A stretch of 64,000 bases of DNA from Amphiscolops sp. MND2022 (taxonomy: Eukaryota): the NCBI GenBank assembly GCA_964187785.1, contig OZ076409.1, positions 21,330,001 through 21,394,000 of the forward strand, given 5' to 3'. A program made the translations under genes and the position numbers. The notes under the pieces were generated by a model. It did no database searches. It had not been told where the DNA came from and saw only the letters and a program-made list of their open reading frames with translations. Of the stretch, positions 10,701 through 22,900 are shown one piece after another (the stretch's first letter is position 1; each line of letters begins with the position of its first letter).

Positions 10701-12997
10701 TAGTTAGCATTCACACTTACTTTCCAGCCAAAATTGATGGATTTCACATTTTTGTTCATTCGACAAGAAAATACCTGTACCGTTTTTAGCTGATAAGCAC
10801 TAAGCGAGGTGTCCAAAGAAAAGCTCCCATGGGCCGTCGTACAAATGGAGCCCGATCTCAGCTATATTCTAGTTTCATCAGAAACGATTATTCTTCCAGC
10901 CCTGCAAAGTGTTTTTATATGGCGTTATATGGCTCGAAAAAAGCAGTGTTTTGTTTGGAAGGATCGCTCATCTCCAAAAAACACCCACATAGGATCCTCT
11001 TGACGCCGGAGTCACTATATTTGGGTTCACCTGCCCAGTCGCTTTTTGATTGCTTGGATGTCAGTTTTGGGCTCAGAACTGTAAGACGTCTCACATTTTG
11101 CGGGGTTTTTTCTTGGACTTTGTAGGGCACCCCACAAGTTTCTTGTATTCTGTTCAACCTTCTTTGGATGCTTTCATTACTTGAACTCTACGCGGATGCA
11201 GGGAGAGATGTAGCTCAATGCGGCTCATTTTATACTTCTCGTGTTCTAGATACGTTTTCCGATCTATGGCGTTCTCAATTTAGCCCAACATTGTTTTTAA
11301 AACAATGTGAAAACAGCTGTTTTAAAAATAATGGGGGCTAAATTTAGAACGCCATAGATCCGAAAACGTCCTTAACAAATCGGAAAATTAGCTCGGTAAC
11401 CTACAAAAACATGTAAAAAGTTCAAGCAGTTCCAACCAGGGCTATGATAACGTTAACACAAAACAGTGAAAAGCTTTCGAACTTAACATCGTTGACCGGT
11501 ACTTTGCGATTAACACACTGACGTGTAATTTGGATTTTGCGACGTTCTTCTCGATTAAGACAGTATTTTACATGTACTTTTTCAAAAACCAAAGCTCAAA
11601 AAACAGTTTTTTAAGGTGTCTACTCATTCGTGGTTCTCGGACTTGTCGGCACTGTTTCCAATGATGTCATGCTACTCGTGATCTCAAGTGTGACGTCAGG
11701 AGCTTCTAGCATTCTTATCATGCTTGTCTTGCTGCTTCGAAACGAGACCCGAGCTGCTCACTCAAGGAAAAGAAACGATCTCTTAATGCCAAAGAAGAAA
11801 CGGAAATGTTAGTGATTTTTTTCAAACTTTTCCATAATGGATCAACTCCCGGGTTGCATACCTCAGCTGATAAGGGCTTGGATCGTAAAGCAACACTTGT
11901 ATCATTAAACAACCCAAATTTTCATTGATATGGTTGAGATAAACTTTAATGACCATTATACTGAAGTGTCTGGAGTTATAAATGGAGCTCATAAAGACGT
12001 GAACTGTAAAAATGCTGGTGAACAGCGCAATCCCCCTATCCCTGAAAAATATAACTTTTGTTGCAGTGTCTTCGTTTCAAGGATTTGTGATTCATTCAAG
12101 GCCAAATATAGATACATCAGCATAAGACGTGAAAAATGGTAACTCTAAAACTTTTGGATAAATATGGGCAAGATTGGTTAGTGAATGCTAAGAAAAATCA
12201 TCATTGTCCGATCTGAATACTTTATGCTAATATGCCATTTTGCAACTAGACTTAGCATGGAAGCCATACTGTTCAATACGGTAGACCATGATTAGTCTAT
12301 TTCTGTACAGGAGAATCCGCGTTTTATCGAAAGAAAAACAGTTTCGAAACTTTTCAAGATCAGAGTGACTGTTTGTTCAAAGTTTCAAATTTCGGTTACA
12401 ATAATCCTTTACTCGTACCAGGGTTGGTTAAAAAACGTTAAAAAGTATTTTCATACGTTTAAAACAGGGTTTGAGAGTGAAAAACTCAATTCAATTCATT
12501 TATCACAAAAATTACTCAGAACCCGCGGCAGAATTCAGCAAGCGTATACAAAATACTTTGTTCCCATCTTTAGGTTGCAGTTTTAAAAATGCCCTTGTTT
12601 TAAAACAGTTTAAAAATCCTGTTTCAAAACATGGCAACCCCGACTCGTACAAGAGCTGATATTGCTTTTCTTTTAACGCAAATGAAACTGTTACATTTCA
12701 GCACGGCACAAGCAATACGAGAAAAAAATGTCTGGTCCCTCGCCATCGTGCGAAATTACCCAAGGAAATTTTGGATCGGACCAAGAACCAATTATTAACA
12801 CAGTGAGGAAAACGAGGGACGAGCCTAATGAGCGATCTATTTCTAATTCAACTATGTCAACAAGGTCTGCTGGTTCCTCTAGAATGATATCTCCCCCGAA
12901 CTCTTCCCTCGTTTCGAAGTCTCCGCGTCCGAGTTTAGACACAAACCAGTATTATGGGAATTCTACTTTGGCGGATTCGGATGACTGGATGGATTGA
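1799..12997 (+). CDS. Class B (secretin/adhesion-like) 7TM GPCR, 3' portion, multi-exon
   Basis: AG/GT-bounded, phase-compatible exons: 1799-1978, 2598-2781, 4451-4702, 11616-11807, 12702-12997 (TGA). The joined translation gives seven hydrophobic segments: TM1 GLIVASVTLFVTFASLLYL, TM2 TLHLQLLLTLVFS, TM3 LCELSAALTQFSLLSS, ECL2 WGFCFF, then TM5-7 and a Ser-rich tail. AATAAA at about 13076 and 13115. The 5' exons lie upstream of the window. The family call is by motif resemblance only. Confidence 0.75.
2150..2393 (+). repeat. Interspersed non-autonomous repeat ending in a GC-rich hairpin-like segment plus CTTGTT
   Basis: Shares CCCTTTCAGTTTTTTCGGCATT..GAGAC, AAGGGTCC and GTACTGTA.AAGAG.ATACTT.GACACTT blocks with 36340-36770. 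Its 3' end (GCCGACTT...CGGCTTGTT) resembles that of 28970-29273. Confidence 0.6.
2789..2830. repeat. (GTTT)n microsatellite
   Basis: Read directly, just 3' of the exon donor at 2782. Confidence 0.95.
2926..3229. mobile_element. Foldback/MITE-like element with about 135-bp imperfect inverted arms
   Basis: 2926-3061 is the reverse complement of 3097-3229, e.g. GAACTTTCTCAAAATTGTGTGACCCA vs TGGGTCACGCAATTTTGAGAAAGTTC. Confidence 0.8.
5146..5337 (-). repeat. 3' LTR
   Basis: Direct repeat of 10164-10355, adjacent to the PPT (TTCCCCCTTTTT on +, 5338-5349). Confidence 0.97.
5467..10164 (-). CDS. Gag-Pol polyprotein, single ORF, 1565 aa
   Basis: Uninterrupted ORF: Gag with two Cys/His knuckles (CYRC..H..C, CKFCKIIGHLEKCC), protease IDTGS, RT YIDD, RNase H CDAS..ELE, integrase HHCC and DDE core. 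PR-RT-RH-IN order indicates Ty3/Gypsy. Confidence 0.97.
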   Translation of the reverse strand: MALRAENSSTSSSSSSTSHLAGLPVFWMDATTNPTMDWDKWFDLFQVAMMAKYSISISELTRETTQQSPRVRTLLGDLDEDPANKKVISILYLSLGDAARKQFVDKHPHVALWNLKALELINLCIECFRKKRNRTLDRHRFFSRLQQPGETLFQFWHALNGLAAMCDFGEITTTLVLDMFILHMNNKKVQEKLCTEPKEPEQALEFAIAFEEGVKRQKAYGTQAADSAKTTVKSEPVYAVEKTNPRECYRCGAANFTMEHVNFCMATNHRCKFCKIIGHLEKCCNKKFPQRQKEMMQRLKTRDNEKSLRRVNYIEESDEESEEDDEEQLVLRVDGDGCKPFYMEGTMCGNYFKAIIDTGSPVSIFTKRDLQKIVGERKVVIRDMIEGENYVDYNKKPLKLLGYQFVRLEVAGVIVSKARVLVAPNSGKSIVGRHWLVALRYKITQPTERGECKINKQNVNCKESICEISPGKEQNPEVQQLVREFPKLFCRKGRVKNYEIKIKMKNDAKITQQKGRRVPIQLQNQVDKEIEKLLKEGHIEKVDKIQDDVFIQPTVITVKKDKSVKIALDARALNQSIAKDKYQMPNLDNLIDMIAEKLDEKEGEAWYSSVDMTYAYGQIPLQELTKRHCNFQIVGGKSTGTYRFTTGFYGLTVMPTEFQKLMDLTLANVNSVFVYIDDILIVTKGTKQEHLNKVREVMKILDEANLQLKAEKCVIAQESIEWLGFKLTRTGISPINTKAQGISDRLRPTNLKQLRSFLGAVNQFNKFIPNLASISFPFRTILKKDAEWTWNIEHENAFVKINDEIKGVVELSHFKRNQEIRIICDASKKGLGAVLQQSQTNGEWRPICFASRFLTDFESKYSINELELLAIVWAVEHFRNYVYGVQFKIISDHKALMSVLKPNRGNKTFSSRLTRWVDRLLPFDFEVVHVAGRTLGMADYLSRHPTELQGSSIKAETLWNEWFTVNSVISLNDVLDSSEANRAKSRSTERANEANAVNRINKANLRQPIKMQDERYPRETSKSHCSNTARTRKMSQSPSIKALNEKLLPANYNADKLIQRVIRLVKNYNKSGVTRLPSPWREKFQAFSLDEREFLYMDNRLVIPQSMRSMIMCSLHYGHPGRDAMLAMIEDIWWPRIHREVIDQARLCEQCLEAGKNLKYILKQKQFGKLPEVKEQNEEVALDFAGPFQNAKKGKKYLLVSVDHFSGWPDAKFLHSPTTRKVIEFLKQYIAQYGVPKKIRTDPGTVFVSEAFTQFCEKFGINHIICPIGDHRGNGKIERLIRTINDRLRTNRQIILSKDKSGLSEILYSLRISKKKDGKSPFEKHMGREPNTVKSNVVGKFRDFSAQDSQLEFQPSDFHDDTDSTILVRERTKGSKLEPTFARKTGKVIEETPHTIAILPEKAKQPKIFSKRDIASTSSEQKKVLKKAAKRATINETSSSSESEQPVHKKGKTQNQGTTKTPEVAIEFDEEMPPSIIDISSTTTENESTTKEQSKDTEVKKENHAPKESNKPEKVTIPIKATTVWQMDRRMSERKHVPPKRYGIDLISKRQKKQAEEETKAIGEN
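10149..10163 (-). promoter_or_regulatory. Primer-binding site, probably tRNA-Ser type
   Basis: TGGCGCTGCGAGCCG directly after the 5' LTR is complementary to a tRNA ending ...GCTCGCAGCG-CCA. The serine assignment is an inference from the G discriminator and GCTG acceptor stem. Confidence 0.7.
10164..10355 (-). repeat. 5' LTR
   Basis: Direct repeat of 5146-5337, followed immediately by the PBS on the - strand. Confidence 0.97.
10800..11230 (-). pseudogene. Tc1 transposase relic
   Basis: VRRLTVLSPKLTSKQSKSDW aligns with VRLARFCPKLTSKQLQRDW of the element at 3-1259. WKNNRF..ETRI is a degenerate W..IFSDE motif. Multiple stops and frameshifts. Confidence 0.7.
11252..11369. repeat. Near-perfect palindrome of about 118 bp (hairpin MITE)
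   Basis: ACGTTTTCCGATCTATGGCGTTCTCAATTTAGCCC ... GGGCTAAATTTAGAACGCCATAGATCCGAAAACGT. Confidence 0.85.
12419..12642. mobile_element. hAT-type MITE
   Basis: 8-bp TSD ACTCGTAC (12411-12418 and 12643-12650); termini CAGGGTTGG / GGCAACCCCG. Confidence 0.8.
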
Positions 12998-13533
12998 CAA
13001 GTGACAACAATGAAACAAGTGTACACGGTGGTACAAACAGAACAGTACGGAGACTTAGAAAGAAAAAGAAATCTAAATAAAACTCATATATATATTTTAT
13101 TAAGAGTGCTATAGAATAAAGTAAATTATTGAGGAATGGTTTGATTACAACTGGTACCAAAAAGCCAATAATTTACAAACCGAGAGATGATTAAAGGATG
13201 ACGATCACTGAGTTATGTAAGTAACCCTAGGAAAATTAACGAAGGCAGGTATGCAGAGAGAAAGTTCTACGAAAGATAAAATTAAAAGGACGCACCATAC
13301 GTGGAGGTGTCAACAAGGTGCAGTGGTACGGTGATATTTTTAGTATACCCAATCCAAAATTGCAAATCCAAAAGGTTTTCCTGTCTACTCAGAACCGACC
13401 CCTCAAGAAAAATACCGGATGTGAATAATACTTTTTGAAGATCGGCACTTTTTAGAGCTACGATAACACTAAAGAATCTTGAAACTCTTGGTCAAGTCAG
13501 TTGAATGAAGGTTACGAGTTTCAGAGAGTTGTA

Positions 13534-13665
13534 CTGTAGAAACTGCTCAATAGCAAGTCGAATAATAGCAATTAATGTTTATTAGCAAGACGCCTATAGG
13601 AATGAACCAATCATAACGCATGATTTTGATTTTTTTAATAGCGACTTATTAAGCAGTTTCTACGG
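13534..13665. mobile_element. Tc1/mariner-type MITE
   Basis: TA TSDs; TIRs CTGTAGAAACTGCTCAATA / TATTAAGCAGTTTCTACGG. Confidence 0.8.
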
Positions 13666-13929
13666 TATTGGTACAGTAGTGACTCCATCAGAGGTAGGTT
13701 TCCACTACTTGCTAAGCAAAAATTCGGGTTCAAACCATTTGTTCTGCTTATAGTTTGGCCGACACTATGACAGTCGTTGGTAGACCAACCATAAAAATAA
13801 GAAAGGAGAAAACTAAATTACGAACAAAAGACGAGAGTGATATTAATCAAATATACACTATTTACAGAACTGATCTATTATACTTGTAATAAAGCCATAT
13901 GTTTGTTGAGATGACTCATTGATGTGGCA

Positions 13930-16900
13930 TTAGTTATGTCTTGAAATCAGTTTCAGGGTTCTCACTGCAGGAACCACTCGGTCTAAACTATCGACGCCTG
14001 AAACGAAGTTATAATTTTAGTGAGACATCATTGAAAAAATCACTGATTATTTTCAAGGCAAATAGTAGATTGCTTTTACAAACCTAAAATTTTCATGAGT
14101 TCTTCAGCCATTTCCTCGAATTCTGGGAAAAACTCGTCGTGGATTCGAACTTTCTCGGATATTCTGAAACATCAACTTCACATGCATCTCGAATACCATG
14201 ATGACAACTAAAAGATAAAATGCACAAAAAATATGAAACTTCGGAAAAAATACAATTACTTTTCATTTGAAACTGACTGCGACTCAATTCTACTTGAGAA
14301 ATGCCAAGAGCACTCAAGTTTCAAGGCGTTCAACTCGGAATTGTGAAATCACAGTAAAAGGCATTACCTCTACATCATCAAAAATTACATCCGTACATGG
14401 TGTTGAAAGGTATCTTGGAAGTCTAATTACAATACACACCCTTTCAAATCTTCGTCAGAGACCAGAGATTTCAATTGGTCATAAGCACGGTTGTTGAACT
14501 CACGACAAACAGCTTCGAAAGCACCAATCAATGTTCTGGTTGAAGTAGTTGTCAAATCTGAAACCCAAAAAAGCCACTCAACACTAACCAAAGTTAATAG
14601 GCTCATTTCATCATTCAACTAAAATCCGAAAGGGTGCAGACTTAGAAAAGCAGAACTGCTTATTCGAAATCCATCCCGCGGAATTGGATCAAGAAACTTT
14701 TTTCTAAAAATACATTGAAGCATATTGTTTATAACGTAAAATCAGTTTAGATTGATTAATCTCGTTAGTATTGAGATGAGGGTTTGAATAAATCCTTCCA
14801 AGTACGAGATCCATCATCTTCGAAGCACAAATCTTTCGACAGGACGTGTGAAGAGTGCAACTTATGTACATGTATACTTTATGGTCGTATTTGTTTGGAA
14901 AAGGTTTCTGGAAGGTAGAATAATCTCTATTTGATCTCTAATATCGAGAGATCTCTATAGATGTATGCAAACATACCCAATCCGAGTAGATCTTTGAAGG
15001 TGTTGATGGTATTTCTACTCTCTTCCAGCTTGGAGAAGACTTCGTTCATGCGTGGATATACCCCCTGCAGGGAGGGACAGTCGAACAGCTGTTGGAAGTG
15101 ACGCACCATGTCTCTCAGAGTTTTCACGTCCGCCTGTGACTGATCTGCACCCTGTGAACACAATAAGGATCATGAGCACAAAACCCAATCTACAATAATG
15201 GCGTTGAAAGTTACATTTGATAGATGAAAAAATTTGCAAACCTTACTTGATTTAAAAAATATTATGAAGTAAAAACTGCGAAAAGTAACAGATTGTAAAT
15301 TTTATATTCATCAATGGGATTTCTTATATGAAAATCACCAAAACCATCATACCCAGCAACCATTCTGATTATGTCTCACATATTGAATTTACACAACTTT
15401 CTTCATAGAAGCAAACGAAAATCTAATCCACATTGAACATAGTGTTTCACCATAAGGATATGCTTTGGAATTCACAACATTTTCGAGAATGTACTTGAAT
15501 TTAATGGAGGATGTCCTGATAAAAAATTTTGTGATGACTGAGTTCAAAAGCTTTCATTTAAAAGATTGACTAAAACCGAGATGAGGGTTGGCCATCTATG
15601 ATTCAGAATAAGTTCAAACAAAACAAACATATTAAACGTTTTAAAACATGTTCAAAATTCCATTCCAAGACAGAACCTTGAAACAATGAATATCTTCAAT
15701 ATCATTCAAATATCGCATCACAAAAGGTTTTTCAACTTTCTGAACTCCGAGCCTGTTGCGAAAATCAGAATGGATCAATCACATTGTTGCAAAATTTTTC
15801 CAATCCACCGGTGTCAATATCAGTAATTCTCCAGGATAAGCTTTCATTTTCACTTGACATTCTATGAAATTGCTCATTATGACATTACTCGCTGAATAGA
15901 GATTCGAAATCTGTTCTTCATAGTCGTCTGCAAAAAAAACATGAAATATAAAACATTTGAACATTTGAATGTCTTCTTATTCAAAAAATAGGCCCCCGGG
16001 CACACTATTATTTCTGCTTTAATCGTTCATTAGTAATAGAATCATCTCTGGAATACCAATACACTCCTGTTTAATCATTATTTAGCGCTTAATTAATCAG
16101 GTTTCACTTAACATAAAAATAAAACTGTTTACGAGAAAGTTTTAGTGGTCAAAAGCATTCACAATTCAAAAGATTCACTGAAAAAAGTGCGCAAATTACC
16201 GATGAAATTTTCTGAGTTCGATTGTTTATCTGGGTGTTCGGTCGGTTTTAGTTTTATGTTATTTGAAACTAATTTCAATTTTGTTATTTGAAACTAATTT
16301 TGTTTTTATGTTATTTGCTCTTATGTTATTTGGTACGTAATCATTAATCACGGTACCAGTTTATAGCACCTTTAAATCTCGGGCTAAAGCAAATATAACT
16401 ACTAAGCGTAGACGAAGTTTCGCATTCGCATTTGAATGCAGGCGAAGCTCTCCGAGAACAAATAATTAACACTCATTCGCTTTAACTCAATAACTAAGCG
16501 TACGAAAGCATAGTTACGAACATTCACTCGCTTCATCTCAATGACGTCAGCGTAAGAATGCATAATTACCACTCGCTCGTTTCATCGCACGAGAATTGAA
16601 TTGTCGTCGGCAGCTTGAGAAATTTAATTATCACGCTTACAGTCACTGCCGAACAAAATATCTGAATTATTCAGTATCATGCGAAGAATTTTACTGAAAA
16701 AAAGTAGACATCTTCAGATTTCAATAATATTCCTGCTATCGCAGAAATAATAAACAAAACTTTTTAAAATGTTTTAAACCTGTTTTAAAACACCTATGTT
16801 TTTATATTGGCTAACCCTGATCGTGATTCACTAAATACTTACAATTTCTTTGATATTGTCTTGAGAGACTGAGTCAGCGAAGTTCTTCAGATCAGAGACA

Positions 16901-19900
16901 CTCAGATCATCTGATAAGGGCAGAATTTTCTGGGCGGGAACCATGGTCGAAATGAGAGTGTTGATCGAATGATATAGCTCCTGAAAAATGCAAACAACGT
17001 ACACATGTGAAAAGAGGATGGCGGAAATCGGCGTTAACTTTCTCGATGAAAGATACCAACAGTGATTAGTTTGAGTTCTGTGGCCCAAAGTTGCAGAGTT
17101 TGAATGCACGTCTTGTAGCTGCGACGAGAGGCTCCGTTTCTTTTGTTGCCAGGAGTGAGGTTGCAAGGCAGTTTGTCGTCACTCACGATCTCAGTCACTT
17201 CTTGAATGAACTGCAAAACAAAACCATTAAAAACATGCTCAAAAGAAATCAAAAGTTTACGAAATGGTTTGGAAATTTCGACATCTTATCCTAGGAATAT
17301 CGCGCATGATATTGATAATTTATCGATTTGGAACTAGCTTTGAGCTCTCATATGAATTGCTCTGCAATCCGATGTAAATTGAAGAAACGAAAGGAAATGA
17401 GGAAATGACACGATTTTTTGTCTTTAATTGATGAAAGCGCTATAAGATCTACATTGCATAAAAGAAAAATCAAAAGACCCCGAAATTATAAGTTGATATA
17501 ACTTGTATAATTTTGATTCAATTTCTAAACAGGAGATACTGTTGTATTTCTGTTCAAATTTCGGTACTGGTAGTCCTGGAACTTTTGGTAGTCAAATGTA
17601 TCCATTGTATGAAGGAACTATTATGCTGGAATTTTTTGCTGCCGAAAACATTTCAAGTTTCGGATAACTTAGTCAGTTTTTCTATTTGTTTTTATTCGTA
17701 TTAACTAAATTTTAATAACTTCATCAACCCACATCTCAACCTCAAAAATACACAATAAAACGAAAATTAGTATTACTAACTCTTTTCATCTTGTGGAAGT
17801 TCTGAGCTTTTTCTCCAAATTCCCTGAGCCTGGGAAGTACGTCTTGCAGATCTTCAACGTGCAAATGACTGCAGAACATCTTGAGGTACTTGCGCGCAGT
17901 TTCTATGTTCAAGTAGCTGATCTCAGACACAGCCGTGGACTCGCATGCTCCAAATGTTCTACCGTCTTTCTTCTTCGACTGCTCATTCTCGACTGTCGGG
18001 GGAATTCTAAAAACCACTCAACTCTATATCACCTTGGCACTCTTGAAGATTTTGAGAAACAATCAAAAACATTCAACACAAAATAACACAATAACTCTAT
18101 GCTTGGATCCCGGCTCCACGAAACTAGAACAATAGGGATTTCTTCGCAAGGGATTCTTTCTATAATAATCCATTTTCAAGGTATCATATTCGGGTTGAGG
18201 AAACGAAAAATATTCCACGAAAAGATTATGAAGGGATAATTTCAGAAAAGGGAAGAGTAAGAAATTTGGGTGGAAACAAGGATGAAGTTTCAAAGTTTGC
18301 ATGATGGTAACATTTCATGGAAAAGGGTTGACGGTGTAGGTATCTACAGTCGAACCTCGGTTTACCACACCTTTTTTGAGTACTCGTTGATTACGTTTAA
18401 AAAGTTCACGTTTCGAATTCTTGTTTGTGTACTTGATTTTGATTGGTTTAGAAATAAAATTGCTGTATCACGAGAGTTACGTTATGCCGACATAGTGAGG
18501 TCCGACTGTAATGAACGGGGATAGTGCGTGATGAGATCAACTTAATCAGAGTGTAAAATAGAAAACTCCTTCAGTCGGTTCAATTCATATCTATTGAAAC
18601 CAGATGAAAACAAGAAGCGCATCATCGGAGAACAAAAGTGGCCATGATTCAGGAATAGTCCAAGTTCTATTTTCCCTCTTCTATTCTGATTTAAATCAGA
18701 TGCCAATGCTATCAGTGTGAAGTTACTGAAAAGGTTGATCGAAGAGTTCACCTTGGTTCCATTTGCATGTTAAAAGGGTTCTTTTGTGTCCGCATATTCG
18801 AAAATTTGAACATGAACTTTAAGTTGTCACTATTCAATGTCAAAATTTTGCGGAGTATACGAAAATAATCATGAGTGAAACAGGTTTTATTTGAGCAATA
18901 TTTTCCATGACCATAATGATATTGATTGAGCTCTAAAAAAACCTGTTAAAATCATTGAAACGGTTATAGGAATACGCCCCAGTGGAAAGGCCCATAAGAT
19001 ATATTGGTAAAAGAATTAATTCTTTCAACAGCCATAATTTTTACATTGGTTTTATACGCGTCGGCCTTCCGGGGCGCTTCGGCCTTCCGCCAAAATCAAC
19101 CGCTAGACTAGTAATGGCACGTTTCTTTTGCATTGATTAGCAGATAAATTCAAATTCAATTCAATTATCCACTTCACTCCTGTATTTAGGGCACTAGAGG
19201 CATGCGAACATAGTTGACTACGGTTTCGTGATTTTCTATTGACGCTGCTACGCTTTAGCATTAAACCATGAGAAAAATTCAAAGGGCAAATACATGGTTC
19301 AACGACAAAACATTCATACACAAGGGATGAAGCATATGGCAAGAGCCAACAACTGATCATGCACAAGATGAGGCAATACAATACTTTACTTTATATTGTT
19401 TCCACGCAGCAGCTTTTCGAGAACTTTCACGCGTTTCTGCGCGTATAGCAGCTCGTTAGTTGTGAACCTTCAAGAACAAAGTCACTAAATGAAAGAGAAT
19501 AACAAATTTAGTATCATTGAAAAGAGAGAATTTGGCAAAGATTTCACACAGCAACATCAGATTTGACGCTAATTGCGCCGCTTTAGCGTTAGCAAGGGAT
19601 TACATTAGCGGAAATTAGTTAGCGTAATACAATGTATGTAATATTTAGCGACCGCTTAGTGATGGCGTTTTTCTATTGGCCAATTTTTAAAACCGCTTCA
19701 TTTGAAACTTTATCGCCCACATATGATAGAAACGCCGTTGAGTATTGGGCCTCGGTTTAAAAAAAGTAACCTGACAAGGTTCATCCAAGAAGTCCTCGCT
19801 GTACCTGCCAGTGATGTATCAATGGAAAGGTTATTCTCAATTGCTGGGGATGTCCAGCGTCCAAAACGATCTCGACTTTCTAGTGAAATGTTATAAAAAT

Positions 19901-22900
19901 TGCTCATTATTAAATGTAATGTGAATTAAACTTTTCACTATGGATTTTAATTAGTGTTAGCGATTAGCGACTGCCAATTAGCGAAGTTGGCGATTAGCGA
20001 TATGTAATAAGCGTCAGTTAGCGATTAGAGAAAAAAATAGCGAGTCAAATCTCTGCCATTGACAAGTGAATTGTCGTGTATTAAGTTGCAAAAACCGCCA
20101 CGTGTATTCGTGTATTTTGAAAAATCATGTATTTTCGTGTATAATCGTGCATATTCGTGTATTTTTCTGAAAATTAAAAAAACTTCGAAAGTTTGATTTT
20201 CATCTTGCTCATTTTAAACAAAAATTTCCAAGTTCTTTGGCGACATACGGTTTCTTCTATTCGCGCATCGTATGTTACATTGAGAAAATAGCTTTTCGAC
20301 TGCTCCTGAGCTTGCTGGAATGGCTAAAGCTTCAAGGATCAATTATCATGTTATTTCGTGTATTTTTCGTGTATATTTCAAAAAATCGTGTAGGTTCGTC
20401 TACTTAAAAAGCAAAAAATCGTGTATCCTGTCATGTATCGTGTACAATTCACTGCCATTGACGCTCCAAGAAGTGATTAATTCAAAATCCTTCATTGTAC
20501 AATGTAAACTGGAGGTCTTCTAAACAAAAATTGAGTGAAATTTTGATCTGAGAACCGAGCGCAAATTAAGTACTCAATAAAAAAAATGAAGTAATGAGTC
20601 TTTTGCGAGTGGTGACTTGTTTGGAGTTGTTGCTCTTCCTAAAAAAAACACTGAATTTCCTTTTCAAATAAAACGCTATCGTTGAATTATTAAAGGCAGT
20701 GTACAAGACTAAAACAAGTTAATGTTAAAATGAAAGTACATAATAAGTTGGTGTAACATTAAAATCGATAATCTCTCCAACACTTCTTCCTATATTCTGG
20801 ATGCTCTATTTCATGGGCTATTTTACCAATAAAGTATCGTTTCAGTTTACTTTTAATAGTTTCGATAGAATATTTTTCCTTGAATAACATTAGTGGTAGG
20901 CTGTTCCACAAGGGTATAATTCTCATGAAGAAACTATTTTTCATGAAAGCACTTTTTGCTGGACAATCGCAACTAATTTCCTTTGTCCGTGACTGCGTTT
21001 TTATCAGAGCAGTTGTTATTTTATTTGAGCTCTTAAAAGCAGGTAGTAGGTTATTCTGATATTTCCAGAAGTAGGTGACTGCTTTTAGATCTAAAAGAAT
21101 TCTGATCGGAAAAATATTGAGCTTTATTTTTAGATCACTAGAGGAATCATACTTCCTTCGGTTGAAACAAGCTTTCACACCCCAATTTAGTTGTTTCTCT
21201 AGGGTTGTAATTAAATTTTGTGAAATTCCATTAAGTAGTAATGCTGGATAATGTATATGGCTAATAACAAGAGAGTTGAGTAGCATTAAACATGTTTTAT
21301 CTGGTAGAAACGATTTCACTGAGTATAAAGTTTTAATACCACATGCCATTTTCTTTAAAATATTTTTCACTTCATACTCATATGTCAAATTTTGATCTGA
21401 GTATATTCCAAGGTATTTCACAAACGAGGAATGTTTTGTCATATGATTTCTAACACGAAATGTTAGGTTTTTTGTAGAATTGTTTTTAGATCTTTTACAG
21501 AAAACAATGAATTCAGTTTTACTCTCGTTGAGGTTTAATCGATGCTTTTCAAAGTAGTCAACTAAGTTGGCAGCATTAGTTTCAAGTTGACTTACAGCAG
21601 TATTGAGACATTCATTGGAGACAAACAGAAAAGTGTCATCTGCATATTGAACCAATTCACATGGTTCTTGGATTGCACTCTGCATACTATTAACATATAG
21701 ATTAAATAGGAGAGGACCGAGAATAGTACCTTGTGGAACACCCTGGTATAAGTCAATCCAATCAGATGATGTATTTTGGATAACAACTTTTTGCGTTCTG
21801 TTACTCAGGTAGCTTCCAATTAAAGAAATAGCTATCTGATCGAATCCTAAATTTTCGAGCTTTTCCAATAGAATTTCATGGAAGATGGAATCGAAAGCTT
21901 TAGATAAATCGAGAAAGGCCGCAGCTACCATTTTGTTGTTATCAATATCAGATCTTATTTTTTCCGTAGCATACAAAAGAGCATCTGTTGTCGAAGACTT
22001 TGCTCTGAAACCAAATTGAATTTGGCTTAGTAAATTATTTCTTTCGAGATGTTCTAGGATTTGATTGCAAATTAATTTTTCAAAAACCTTCGATAAGGCT
22101 GAAGTTACTGATATAGGTCTATAATTGTTTGGTTCTTCCGCGTCACCATTTTTGTATATTGGTACTACATGAGCTCTTTTAAGATGATTTGGAAATTTTC
22201 CCTGTTCAAGAAACGCATTTATGAGGAATGTGAGTGATTCAGCAATGACGTTTAGAGAGTCTTTAAGCGCCCATGCAGGTATATTAGATGGTCCAAGTGG
22301 TTTCTTTGTGTTTAAGCTCCTCACTATTTTTTTGCATTCATACAGAGTTATCGGATGAAAACTGAATTTTGCGAAGTTTGGGATCGAAGAAATATTAAAC
22401 GTTTCTTCTTTGAAAAATTTGCATTGCCCAATAAAATCGCCCAGTTTTGAAAATCTGTAATTGAGGAGGTTTGCTACTTTCTTTTGATCTGTAACATAAT
22501 CTCCAAAAACATTTTTTAAAGATGGGATGACAGTTTTTGTTCTCAGCGAGTTCCGTGCCTCATTTATGAAGTTCCATTTTTCTCGTTCATTAGTTAATTC
22601 GAGGAAATATTTAGATTTATTCTCATCGCGATCTAAATTAAGATTACGAATAAACTGCTGTTGAATGTCTTCGTATTTTAAGTCATTTGGATTCATATCT
22701 TGCTTAATTTTGTTATAAAGACGTTTGGTCTCAGAGGAAACCCACTTCTGATGAATGGTTAGATTACTCTTATCATTGCGGATAAAAACTTTCTTTTTTG
22801 ATATCGATTTACGCAAGGAATTTTCAATAAAACTCGTTAGTATTGTGAACATTCCCTCAGGACACGTTTGTCCATAAAAGTATTTCCAGTTACAATTACC

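Noticed and set aside
12311..12365. Extra GPCR exon (TGTACAG|GAGAATCC...)
   Set aside because: Splicing from the 11807 donor would create an in-frame TGA, whereas 11807 to 12702 joins cleanly.
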